This document shows, piece by piece, positions 22,097-32,664 of a stretch of 64,000 nucleotides of DNA; position 1 is the first letter of the stretch, and every line of letters starts with the position of its first letter. A model generated the notes under the pieces. That model saw only the letters and a program-made list of their open reading frames with translations, had not been told where the DNA came from and made no database searches. Both the position numbers and the translations under genes were made by a program. Origin of the DNA: a virus; IMG/VR virus record IMGVR_UViG_3300028844_004552, positions 1 to 64,000 of that record; one strand, written 5' to 3'.

Positions 22097-24889
22097 ATGG
22101 GTAATAAGGTTAAGGTAGTAGGATACGCAACGAAACAAGTATTTAATGGTAACATAGAATATAGAAATTTTTCGAATGACTTAGTGGGTAATCAATCCAC
22201 TGGGGGTGATTCTCTATTTACCTTAGGTAATTTTGCAATAACCACTACACTTGACGCTAAACCAAGTAAGATATTTACGACAAATAAGTTTAGTAATTTT
22301 AATAACCTTTGTAATCTTAATTTAACGGTTGAAGAAACTGATGTATTTCTTAATAATGCTGAGGTTGAATTAAAATTAGATAAGACTAATCTTTGTAATT
22401 ATGCTTATTTTGGTAGTATGTTGGAGTATGTTAGAGTATCACTTGAAAGTATTATTACCAAGTGGCCAGCTTCAATATATATGAACTCGATTATCGATGA
22501 TAATCTAACCAATCTTACAGTTGAAGACTACATATACGATACGATTATTGACACATCCACTTTCAAGGTAGATACGAATGTAATTAGAAACCAATACCAA
22601 ATCAACTTCTTAAAAAACGGGATTGTTGTGGATGGATTTAGCAATGGAAATGATATGCGTAACTTATCTGTTAATTATTTAAGTTATAGTGTGTTAAATG
22701 ACAACATAGAATATGCTGTTTTAGATTTCACAGGTTCTACAAATCTTACTGATGATTATATATATTTAACCGTAAAGGGTAATCCATTTAGTGGTATAAC
22801 TGGTACTACATCAACAATTAATTATCATATTAAACCAAATAAACTAAAAGAAGAAACATTTTATACAGAATTACCAGACTTTGAGGCTAATCTATTAAAT
22901 AGATTGACAACACCTAAATATACATCAGTATATAAGGTTCCAAAGAGAAATGAGATGGGTACGATTATATCAACTACAAATACCCTTACATGGCCCGTAT
23001 CTGATGGTTATAATATTGACTTTAATTCATCAGAATATATTTCATTTGCTGAAGATTTAATCAACATTTCAACTAACTTCGATGAAAACAAAACCAACCT
23101 TATGGTTCGTTTCTTAACAGCTGAGGCAATCTCAGATTTTGATACGGTACAGACTTGTGATGGTGGTATAGTAGAAACCGAGAGTCAGAGAATGAATAAA
23201 ACTCTTAAGATTTACGGTAGAGAATATGACGAAGTTAAACGATATATTGATGGGATTCAATATGCAAACACTGTAACATATAACGAAGTTGACAATACAC
23301 CAAACGCTGTTCTTAAATATTTAGCTAAAACACTTGGTTGGGGTCTTGTTTCATCTGTACTTGAAAATGACCTATTAGCTAACTATGTGACATCATCTGA
23401 ATCTACATATTCTGGAATGAGTAGGGGTTATACAGCAGTTGAAGCTGAGGTTGAAATGTGGAGAAGGATTATCCTTAATACTCCTTGGCTTTGGAAATCT
23501 AAGGGTGCTAGGAAGTCCGTAGAGTTCTTATTTAAATTTATTGGGGCACCAGATGGTCTTATTAACTTTAATGAGTTTATATACCTTGCTAAGGATAAAA
23601 TTGATGTTGACTTATTTAAAACATTACTAGAGGCTAATAATTTAGATACTGATATTAGTTTATATAATTTAGATTCTGATGGTTACCCAAGAATTAAAAA
23701 TAATAACCCAGACATGTATTTCCAAAAGGGTGGTCTTTGGTTTAGACAAACCGCTGGTTCTGGTGCAACAATAGACATTACAAGTGGTAACAATCCACAT
23801 GTTGGACCATACGATGGTGGTGCGGCATTTATGAATCAATTTAATTGTTTGATTCCAAATTTTAGTGCAACTACAGTTTCATCTACAACAGTAACAACTG
23901 ATTCAAGTAACTTATTTACCAATTATGAATCTGGTACTGTAAATGAATATGATGGTGATTACTTCGTTGATGTTACATCAGACGGTGTTGACATTTCGGA
24001 TTGTGTTGTTGTGACAACAACAAAGGTACCAGACCCATTCCCAACAGCATCTGAAATAAGTGATTGTGGATGTGAGGTTGATGAGGATGATTACGCATTA
24101 TTAATTAATACTACATGTAGTTCAGAAAAATTAACAATTGACTGTAGAGGTAAATTAGGTGGTCAAGTAGTTATTGACCCAGAGAACGGTTGGTTTACAT
24201 TTATATATAACACTTACGATGTAGAAGGTAATATATTACCACAAACATATACTAGTATATATGCTAGTACAGAATGTTGTCGTTCTTACGGTGGTGCACC
24301 ATTATTCTATGAGGATTTCGGTGATTATAGCTTTCCAGTTGGTGTCACACCAAAACCAACTCCATTGGTGAATTGTGGTTATGTATGTTGTAAAACTGAT
24401 TCATGTGGATGTTCAGCTACATGTAATTGGACTATAGAAACTTCTGGTAAGAATTTATTTTTAATTCCACCACACCCAAACCCATTTTTAGTGTTTGTTA
24501 AACCAAACGGTGACAAAACGAATATTGTACCAACATCATGTTCATGTCCAATTAACTTTACAGTACCAGTTACTGATGTTATAGATACATTTAACTCACC
24601 TAATACAGGTACTGGTTGTATGTTAACTAAAAACGGTCTTAATGACATAAATAATAATAACACATATTATTATTTATCACAAGATGGTGATACATTAGAA
24701 TGGTCAATACAATTATTCTTTCCAACTACTAATAACCCAACACCACCAACTGGTGCAACAACTAGTTTCTTAGAAACATTGTTTCTTGGTATGGCTGGAG
24801 GTCAATTACCATGTGATAATCAATACATGAATGTAGATGGTTTAGAAGTAAATAACGATACATATTACGATAATAACGATACAAAATAA
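22097..24889 (+). CDS. baseplate wedge protein (gp7/P2 gpI-like motif) with a Cys-rich C-terminus
   Basis: LAKTLGW and LWKSKGARKSVEFLFKFIG resemble the KGTxxxIE wedge motif. Confidence 0.6.
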   Translation: MGNKVKVVGYATKQVFNGNIEYRNFSNDLVGNQSTGGDSLFTLGNFAITTTLDAKPSKIFTTNKFSNFNNLCNLNLTVEETDVFLNNAEVELKLDKTNLCNYAYFGSMLEYVRVSLESIITKWPASIYMNSIIDDNLTNLTVEDYIYDTIIDTSTFKVDTNVIRNQYQINFLKNGIVVDGFSNGNDMRNLSVNYLSYSVLNDNIEYAVLDFTGSTNLTDDYIYLTVKGNPFSGITGTTSTINYHIKPNKLKEETFYTELPDFEANLLNRLTTPKYTSVYKVPKRNEMGTIISTTNTLTWPVSDGYNIDFNSSEYISFAEDLINISTNFDENKTNLMVRFLTAEAISDFDTVQTCDGGIVETESQRMNKTLKIYGREYDEVKRYIDGIQYANTVTYNEVDNTPNAVLKYLAKTLGWGLVSSVLENDLLANYVTSSESTYSGMSRGYTAVEAEVEMWRRIILNTPWLWKSKGARKSVEFLFKFIGAPDGLINFNEFIYLAKDKIDVDLFKTLLEANNLDTDISLYNLDSDGYPRIKNNNPDMYFQKGGLWFRQTAGSGATIDITSGNNPHVGPYDGGAAFMNQFNCLIPNFSATTVSSTTVTTDSSNLFTNYESGTVNEYDGDYFVDVTSDGVDISDCVVVTTTKVPDPFPTASEISDCGCEVDEDDYALLINTTCSSEKLTIDCRGKLGGQVVIDPENGWFTFIYNTYDVEGNILPQTYTSIYASTECCRSYGGAPLFYEDFGDYSFPVGVTPKPTPLVNCGYVCCKTDSCGCSATCNWTIETSGKNLFLIPPHPNPFLVFVKPNGDKTNIVPTSCSCPINFTVPVTDVIDTFNSPNTGTGCMLTKNGLNDINNNNTYYYLSQDGDTLEWSIQLFFPTTNNPTPPTGATTSFLETLFLGMAGGQLPCDNQYMNVDGLEVNNDTYYDNNDTK

Positions 24890-26592
24890 TGGGGTATTTT
24901 TTTCCACATAATAAAGATGGTAGTGGTCATGATGGACCAATTGGTTGTCAAACTAGTGATGCTGTGGTAGATACTGGTGGAATTGTAAATGAGAATTCTG
25001 ACGGGTCTGTATCAGTATATAATAATGATGGTAGTTACAGACCATTGACTAAAGAGTGTTGTGAGACACTTAATCCATCGTATACGTTTGATTTTAACGA
25101 ACAACAATGTAGATGGGGTGCTGGTTGTGATGAAGATAATAAACCATATCAATTAGTATTAAATCCAAATGGTAATGCTGGGGTTATCTTTGATGTTGAC
25201 GGTGATAATGGTGAGGACTGTATATTAAATGTTAAATTTGATTATTTATTTAATCTTGATTGTGATATTATATATGATGCACTACAAGCAAATCAATTAT
25301 TTACCTTAGATGGTGATACTCAAGCATTGGTTTTCCAATTAAGTGGTAGATGTGAAGAAATATCTACATTGGTAAGTACACTTGAGGTTAATCTTATTTC
25401 GTTGACTACTGAATTGAGTAATACACCATATGTTATTCAGTGTAGTGAAATTATAAAAGACCCAGAACATGAAGTTCATGAAACACAAAAAACTGTTGGT
25501 GGATTCAATTCATTATTACCACCTAACGCATTCCCAATAAGTGAATATGGAATAGTGACATATTGTTTAACACCTAGTGGTTTAACTGCTTGGAATACAA
25601 TTTTAGGGACTGTAAATTATGACACTTGGTTTGCATCAGAGGGTGTGAACACTTCACTATATACATGTGTTGATGTTGATACACTTCTTGATTTAGATAA
25701 TGGAAGTGGTGACCTTATAGGTACTTGTGATGTTAGTGTTACGACTAGACAAGAAATAATAACTCAAATAACTGAAACTCAAGAAGAGATAATAACACTT
25801 ACAAATGAATGTGATGAAATTCAGATTCAAATAGCAACCTTAATTGGTGATACTAATTGTAATACATTCTTAGAAATGTTGGAAACTCTTAATGTTTCTA
25901 TGACATTAGAGGTTATTGATTATCCATCACCAGCTAACACACCAGTATCAACAACGGTTTATGAAGAAACAATATTTAATATTGGTGAAGATAATCTCTT
26001 AGATTATTTATTATCTGCTAATGGTAAAACTGGATTTTATATTAGTGGTTCAGAAACTAACAACATATGTGAGGTTATTGAAGGTGGGTTGGTTGATGAC
26101 ATAAATGCAACTGGAGACTTAACTGGTATTTTTGAAACTAATTCTGAATTGGTAGACTTAGTAAATACATCATTTAATTCAGAATGGCTTGGGGCAGACA
26201 TTAACATAACTGACCCAGCAATTATTTCTGGAATTACGAATCAAGAGATTAAGATATCACTTAAGATTAACGATTGTTGTTTTGATTTAGGTATCCTAAT
26301 CGATAGAATCGAAATGAATAAGGAATGTAGTAACACTGAAAGTACTACCATTAGAATTAACAAGTGTCCAAGTTTTGACTTGGTAAGGGTTTGTGACAAT
26401 AAGAAATCATGGCTTACTAATGAAGACGCTGAGAAAAGAGAGTTCGACCTTAAATTAAGGGGTACTGGATATAATATTAAGGATTATAGACTTGCAATAA
26501 ATAGTAAAGAAGTTGATTTAGATATCAACCCAGCCAATGCAATAGAACAAGATTTATATTGTTATGTTACTTCCAAAGTGGGTGTACTGTAG
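24889..26592 (+). CDS. structural protein with a coiled coil; 3' end probably frame-broken
   Basis: 567 aa; ends in TAG after a 34-nt overlap with the next open frame. Confidence 0.6.
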   Translation: MGYFFPHNKDGSGHDGPIGCQTSDAVVDTGGIVNENSDGSVSVYNNDGSYRPLTKECCETLNPSYTFDFNEQQCRWGAGCDEDNKPYQLVLNPNGNAGVIFDVDGDNGEDCILNVKFDYLFNLDCDIIYDALQANQLFTLDGDTQALVFQLSGRCEEISTLVSTLEVNLISLTTELSNTPYVIQCSEIIKDPEHEVHETQKTVGGFNSLLPPNAFPISEYGIVTYCLTPSGLTAWNTILGTVNYDTWFASEGVNTSLYTCVDVDTLLDLDNGSGDLIGTCDVSVTTRQEIITQITETQEEIITLTNECDEIQIQIATLIGDTNCNTFLEMLETLNVSMTLEVIDYPSPANTPVSTTVYEETIFNIGEDNLLDYLLSANGKTGFYISGSETNNICEVIEGGLVDDINATGDLTGIFETNSELVDLVNTSFNSEWLGADINITDPAIISGITNQEIKISLKINDCCFDLGILIDRIEMNKECSNTESTTIRINKCPSFDLVRVCDNKKSWLTNEDAEKREFDLKLRGTGYNIKDYRLAINSKEVDLDINPANAIEQDLYCYVTSKVGVL

Positions 26593-26921
26593 ATACTATT
26601 TGGGGTATAGATGTTAGTTTGGGATGTGAGACTATTTATAGTAACGATTCATTCTATGTTAGTACTGGAATCACAGATACACCAACACAACAAGAGTATC
26701 TTATTGAGTTGAGTGGGATTGCTGCAACATTAGGGTTAGAATTTACAAGTGGTGCTACTGAGGTTATATTTACTGACGTGGTAGATTGTGAGGGTGTTAA
26801 TTATTTAAATGAAACATTTAAGGTTGATTTAACATTGGATATCACAACTCTTTGTATTAAGAACTTCCAAGATGGTGAAGATTTCTTATTCCAAGATGAT
26901 ACACCATATGAATTTAATTAA
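26559..26921 (+). CDS. ORF without an ATG start, likely the out-of-frame continuation of 24889..26592
   Basis: TTG start only; protein-like composition; ends in the adaptor-like motif FQDGEDFLFQD. Confidence 0.5.
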   Translation: MLCYFQSGCTVDTIWGIDVSLGCETIYSNDSFYVSTGITDTPTQQEYLIELSGIAATLGLEFTSGATEVIFTDVVDCEGVNYLNETFKVDLTLDITTLCIKNFQDGEDFLFQDDTPYEFN

Positions 26922-26949
26922 AATAAAAAAATAGAAAAATAGAAATAAA

Positions 26950-28032
26950 ATGGGAAAATTAACAGGTCAAGACGCATTTAGTGGAACACCAGCTGGTAAT
27001 GATGTAATTCACATGGTGGATGTAAGTGATACTACTGACAGTGCAGAAGGTACATCATTCAAAATACCTTTAAGTGGATTATCTGAATATTATGGGGTTT
27101 CGTATTGGACCTCTGGTTCTACAGGTACTGGTTCAGTAAAAACAATAAGTGGTGGTACGGTATCAACAGGTGATTATTCAGTTGCGGAAGGTAATTTAAC
27201 TAGGGCGACTGGTAATTATTCACATGCTGAGAATGATAGTACAAAAGCAAGTGGTACTGCATCACATGCCGAAGGTAACACTACTATAGCTAGTGGACCT
27301 AATTCACATGCAGAAGGTGACACCACCCTAGCAACTGGTACCACATCACACGCTGAGGGGGTTAACACAATAGCTTCTGGTACCGCATCACACGCTGAGG
27401 GTAATGGTACTCAAGCTAGTGGTACCGCATCACATGCTGAGGGTGACGGTACGACAGCTAGTGGTACTACATCACATGCTGAGGGTAGTGGAACTATAGC
27501 TGGTGGAACTAATTCACATGCTGAGGGTCTTAATACAATAACTAGTAATTTTGCAGCACATGCTGAGGGTCAAGGTACTATAGCTAGTGGACCTAATGCT
27601 CATGCAGAAGGTCTTACTACAATAGCAAATGGAAACCAATCACATGCTGAGGGGTATTTCACAGAAGCTAATGGTGTTGCTTCACATGCTGGTGGTCGTA
27701 GAGGTGTTGCTGATGGTAATGAATCATTTGTTCATTTTTATTCTACTACAACTGGGCTGGGTGTATATAGTGATTATTCAGCAATACTAGGTGGTACTGA
27801 TAACCACATCACAACAGGTGCAACTAATTCAGTTGTATTAGGTGGTAGTGATATAACTGGTACTACAGCTGATATGGTATATGTACCAGACTTAAATATT
27901 GTAAACTGTCCATCTTATGCTGACGATGCAGCTGCTGGGGTTGGTGGTCTTACTATAGGTATGGTTTATCAAACGACTGGTGCTGGTGCGTCTCCTTTAG
28001 ATGCTGCTGGTATATTAATGATTAAACAATAA
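26950..28032 (+). CDS. tail fibre/spike with 14-aa SHAEG beta-helix repeats (YadA-head/Hep_Hag-like)
   Basis: About 12 tandem xxAxGxxSHAEG units; N-terminal fibre-anchor-like segment (DVIHMVDVSD..TSFKI). Confidence 0.75.
   Translation: MGKLTGQDAFSGTPAGNDVIHMVDVSDTTDSAEGTSFKIPLSGLSEYYGVSYWTSGSTGTGSVKTISGGTVSTGDYSVAEGNLTRATGNYSHAENDSTKASGTASHAEGNTTIASGPNSHAEGDTTLATGTTSHAEGVNTIASGTASHAEGNGTQASGTASHAEGDGTTASGTTSHAEGSGTIAGGTNSHAEGLNTITSNFAAHAEGQGTIASGPNAHAEGLTTIANGNQSHAEGYFTEANGVASHAGGRRGVADGNESFVHFYSTTTGLGVYSDYSAILGGTDNHITTGATNSVVLGGSDITGTTADMVYVPDLNIVNCPSYADDAAAGVGGLTIGMVYQTTGAGASPLDAAGILMIKQ
27170..27700 (+). repeat. 42-nt coding tandem repeat (SHAEG units)
   Basis: TCACAYGCTGAGGGT recurs every 42 nt. 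Confidence 0.85.
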
Positions 28033-28037
28033 AATAA

Positions 28038-28763
28038 ATGGGTAATTGTAAAACTGTAATAACGTTAACTAACGAGAAATTTGAGTCTTGTGGTGATTTG
28101 GGTGTAAACTTAGATGATTTATTGTCTACTGATTTAGATACAATGACCACACTTAAGGAATTCAAGGATATCGTTTCAACCGAACTAATAGATGTTTCGG
28201 GTTGGAAGACTATGTCTAGTTACCCAACACTTAAGTTGTTATATGAGAGATATATGAATAGTACTGATTATTGTGATACATTGAGTTCACAATTTGACTA
28301 TTCTGATATGATTAGGTTCTCAGAATTGGTTGGTACATATTGGGTTGACCTTATTGAACAAGTGGTCCCATCAACAACCATATGGGGTTCAACATATGTA
28401 TATGGTAATACAATCTTTGACCAACAGAAATTTAAATACAAAAAATATAGTCTTTTCACTTGTGCAGACCCAAGTTTCATCGATGGTGAATTCCCAAGTC
28501 CAACAAGTGGTACAACAAACGATGTTGAAGTTACAATAACAACATTACCTAACCCAGTAGAAGACCTTGTGTCTACAGGTACTACAGATACCACAGCAAC
28601 AACTGTTACAACAACGACAGCGGTTGAAGTTTGTACTGGTGTTAGTGCATGGCAAATAAATGTAGGTTCAGAGTTTGTTGGTAGCATAACGGTTAGTGGT
28701 AGTGATACTACTGGTGACTCAACTAGAAATAATGGTGACATACAAGTATTTCAATCAACTTAA
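28038..28763 (+). CDS. structural protein, probable C-terminal wedge module
   Basis: WVDLIEQVVPSTTIWG..NTIFDQQKFKY; Thr-rich tail. Confidence 0.6.
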   Translation: MGNCKTVITLTNEKFESCGDLGVNLDDLLSTDLDTMTTLKEFKDIVSTELIDVSGWKTMSSYPTLKLLYERYMNSTDYCDTLSSQFDYSDMIRFSELVGTYWVDLIEQVVPSTTIWGSTYVYGNTIFDQQKFKYKKYSLFTCADPSFIDGEFPSPTSGTTNDVEVTITTLPNPVEDLVSTGTTDTTATTVTTTTAVEVCTGVSAWQINVGSEFVGSITVSGSDTTGDSTRNNGDIQVFQST

Positions 28764-28778
28764 TAGATATTTATAGAT

Positions 28779-29015
28779 ATGCCAAAATTAATACAAAACA
28801 TTGAGGGTTCAATACTAGATAATTTCGAGACAACCACTAAATTAATTAGGTCGGTTGAGGGTTACTATGGACAAGAAGATTATATCAAGTTAGGAAGTTT
28901 TGAAGCATTCTTACAAGATTTCAGATACGCTCCAATAGTTACGGATTTAACTCCACCACCAACGTTTGGTCTTAAAAATAAAACAGAATACATTACACTA
29001 GATATATCATATTAA
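28779..29015 (+). CDS. small hypothetical structural protein
   Basis: 78 aa; TATTTATA at 28768; TAATG overlap with the next gene. Confidence 0.65.
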   Translation: MPKLIQNIEGSILDNFETTTKLIRSVEGYYGQEDYIKLGSFEAFLQDFRYAPIVTDLTPPPTFGLKNKTEYITLDISY

Positions 29016-30478
29016 TGAGTTACTTTGAAAATAACATATATATTCAAACAGCATACCAAGGGGTTAGAAATAAAGACATTTTAAATGTTAATACTAGTTC
29101 TGACTTTTGTGTATTTGAAGGTCCGTCATTTGATATGATTGGTGCCGACCAAATTGTCACTGGGGTAACCAGTGCTGATACGTCTATACATATTATAACA
29201 ACAGCAACAACAATAGATTTAGGGTTCACAATAACAGCTAATACAGAATCAATATCAGATACTGATACAACATTTAGATATGAAGTTCATAAGTTAGATT
29301 TAAACAGTGGTTTATTCAACACATCACCACAATATATTTCAGATGAAATTCCATGGTCTGCTTTTACTGACACTACTGGTAGTGCAACCACAGAAACGAT
29401 TGATATTAGTAGACTAGATATAGACGGTGAATACTTAATTAAAAATTCATTTACACATGAAGTTTGTACTGAATTTGCTAGTAGACTAGGTTATAGAAAC
29501 GACACATCACTATACAAGACTGGTGATGAATATGGTTTATATAATTCAAATAAGGATTTTTATATGTCAATTTCTAGACATGCTGATACACCATTATTTG
29601 ACCCGTTCGGAGCTAATGATACACCAATAAATGTCCTTCTCCAACAAGTAATAATACCAACAGATGGTCAGACATATTTTATTATATCATCTGATATATC
29701 TGGTGATTTCATTGTTACTGTTAATGGGTTGGTTATGGCTAAAGGTCTTGATTATACGGTTGGTCAATATAGTGCTGGTACTTTACCATATACAATTACA
29801 ATGTCAGCTGAAACCAAGAGTACTGATATTGTTACATTTATATATTCTACCAGTACTACTGGTGGTAATGGTTTAAAAAGTGAAGTAATCGATGTCACAT
29901 CAATCACTAGTGGTGCAACTGATGGTGAGGGTACAAATACTATATATTATAATACGACAACTAGTCAGTATGAAGTATTCTTAGAACTTAACCCAACTAG
30001 TTCTGACAGTATATTATTAATGGTAAATGGTGCTACCCTAGCTAATGGTATTGATTATTACCAATCAATATCAAATCCGAAGCGTCTGATTTTAATCGGT
30101 ACTATCTTAGTTGGTGACATTATAACTGTTGCATATAATCAAAGTGCGGACCTTGTTGATAGTGTTAACACCACATACCCAACAATATACTGGTCAATCC
30201 AGAACCCACCAACAGTGGTGAATGGTAAGTTTATTCTTGAGTTTGCATCAGACAAAGCTATGACTAGTCAAATTAGTAGTGCAGAAACAAGTTATATAGT
30301 TGCGACTAATGGATATTCTATAGATACTACTATCTCTGGAACTGTTGGCACGGAAATATATTATAGAGTAACAAATATTAAAGATTATGTTACAATTACA
30401 AATGACATTATACAAAGTATTGCGTATAGTGAGATAATACCAATAACAATTGCAACAAATGCGATTAATTCCTATTAA
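29015..30478 (+). CDS. putative tail/baseplate protein with two VNG..DY repeat domains
   Basis: VTVNGLVMAKGLDYTV and LMVNGATLANGIDYYQ. Confidence 0.6.
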   Translation: MSYFENNIYIQTAYQGVRNKDILNVNTSSDFCVFEGPSFDMIGADQIVTGVTSADTSIHIITTATTIDLGFTITANTESISDTDTTFRYEVHKLDLNSGLFNTSPQYISDEIPWSAFTDTTGSATTETIDISRLDIDGEYLIKNSFTHEVCTEFASRLGYRNDTSLYKTGDEYGLYNSNKDFYMSISRHADTPLFDPFGANDTPINVLLQQVIIPTDGQTYFIISSDISGDFIVTVNGLVMAKGLDYTVGQYSAGTLPYTITMSAETKSTDIVTFIYSTSTTGGNGLKSEVIDVTSITSGATDGEGTNTIYYNTTTSQYEVFLELNPTSSDSILLMVNGATLANGIDYYQSISNPKRLILIGTILVGDIITVAYNQSADLVDSVNTTYPTIYWSIQNPPTVVNGKFILEFASDKAMTSQISSAETSYIVATNGYSIDTTISGTVGTEIYYRVTNIKDYVTITNDIIQSIAYSEIIPITIATNAINSY

Positions 30479-30532
30479 ATGTTTACTTAGGAGTATTTAT
30501 TAGTAAATAAGAAATAAAGATATTTATAAGAC

Positions 30533-32662
30533 ATGAGTTATATAATTAACAACACAGACCCGTTCATCAGCATTAAACTTACCCAAGTGGGTAGAGAGCA
30601 ATTAGCTAAAGGTGCCTTAGACTTTTCGTTCTGGGCTATTGGTGATTGAGAAATAAATTATGTTAGAGAGGAAATCGTTGACGATAACCCAACTGATATT
30701 ACACTTTCTGCTGTTACTAGAGTGATGAGACCATTTGATATGCAACCAGACATCAAATCGTTTATTACTGCTGGTCAGAACGACCCATTACAAGCATTAA
30801 CAGCAAATAATATTAGAACTGTAAAAGCTCAAATTAACAATGAAGCAGACGAGAGGGGTTTCTTTAGTGCTGATTCTGGTCACACAAGCTTTACAACACT
30901 AACTGCTGATACTTATACACTTTCTTATGGTACACTAGTAAATACTAATTTAACTGGTGGTACAAGTCTTGATATTGGCTCTGCGACAACTAGAAATGTT
31001 GGTGATTATATTCTTATTAAAGCAACTAATGATGTAATCGGTACTCAAACTGGTTATACTAATGATATTGCAATACCAAATCTTTGGTATAAGATTGAAG
31101 CTAGTTCTGGTGACCTTATCACAGTTGATAGGGATTTACCTAACTTAAGTAACGAAACTGGTAGTACATCAACATTCTTTATTTATAGAGGTGGTGAGGT
31201 ATATGATACAATTGCAACTGGAAATACAACATCTTATTGGAACTCTGGAACACTTTCATTTAACTCATCTTGTGATGTTACATGTGGTGATTCACCAGTA
31301 TGGAATATGAATAACGTTTGGTGTGAAGACTTAGCTGGAATTACAGGTACAACCTATGAAGGTCATGAGTACTTTGGTTCATACCCATACTTAGGTGCTA
31401 AGAACCCATACTTCGAATATGAATGTGGTGGTACCGCATCTACAGCTGATGTTATTTGTGATACTAACGGTCTTGGGGTTCTTGACGATGTAAGCAAATC
31501 AGTTTCACTTATACATTACACAAATAACTCAGTATCTAACTTGTATGGTGAATATTTCCATATTGATAATGATAACAGCAAAACAGTTAAACTTCATTAC
31601 CCAACACTTATGTATCACAGAAGAAGTGGTGCAACAGGTTCTGGTACGACATTAGGTATGACATTCTTAGCTTCTGGTGAAACTAAATTTGTTGGTACAT
31701 CTGAGGTTACTTATATTGACTTGATAGAAGACCCAACATTGGTTGATGGTACTCCTAACGTTGTTGGTAGAGTATACCCAAAACTTAAAACCATTTCATT
31801 ACACGATGACGAGATTGTTGCGGCAACATCTTATAAGTCAAATAGAAACTGGACACTTCCAGAACTATCATGTAGTCTTGATTCATTCTCTGGTGGTTCA
31901 TCCACTGGTGTTCTTGAACCTAATAAGACGATGTATGTAACATACAGTCTAGAGAATTCAACAGGTACTGGTCTTACAACTACACTTCCATGTCAGAAAT
32001 ATATCAAAGTTACGAATACAACATCAACAAATAAAGATGTTTCATTCAAGATTGATAATGTTGATATGCTTACTTACATGAGAAAGATTGAAGATGGTGG
32101 TTATGATGGTATTGGATTCAATGCTTATTCTATTAAGGTTCTATTCCAAATCGTTGATGAAATCGAGGATAGACCAGATGCAGCACTTTGGAATGTATAT
32201 GATTATACAAACACAACATTAACAACAGTGAGTGGTGAAACTATTTCCCCAGTAGCGTTAGAGAACCAATCTCCAGCGGCAAATGGATTTAGAATAACAA
32301 CTCTTACTCAAACGGCATCAACAATATTTGATATTACACAGTCGTTAGATATGGCACCTAAAACTACACCAACTGATTTACAATTCGGTGATAGTAGATT
32401 CTTCTATGGAAATATAGAAACATATATTGGTGCTACAATATATAAAACATTCTTCCCAGTAACAATAAACTCTGGGCAATTTGATACAACTAGTAATAAC
32501 ACTAGAAGCAAGGACACATCAACAAATCCACCAGATATTAGAATATCAGAAGTAGGTATTTATGATAGTGCTAAAAATCTAGTTATTATTGGAAAACTAA
32601 GTAAACCAACAACATTATTAGTGGGTAATACCATTATGATGGAGTTATCAATGGACTTTTAA
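30533..32662 (+). CDS. tail-fibre/collar-type structural protein interrupted by an in-frame TGA at 30647-30649
   Basis: The ATG at 30533 is in frame with ORF 30722..32662 and reads MSYIINNTDPFISIKLTQVGREQLAKGALDFSFWAIGD*EINY; C-terminal ISEVGIYD..LVIIGKL. Confidence 0.7.
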
Positions 32663-32664
32663 TT

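Noticed and set aside
30647-30720. Selenocysteine at the in-frame TGA
   Set aside because: The paralog has Ser rather than Cys at this position, and no SECIS-like hairpin is evident downstream.
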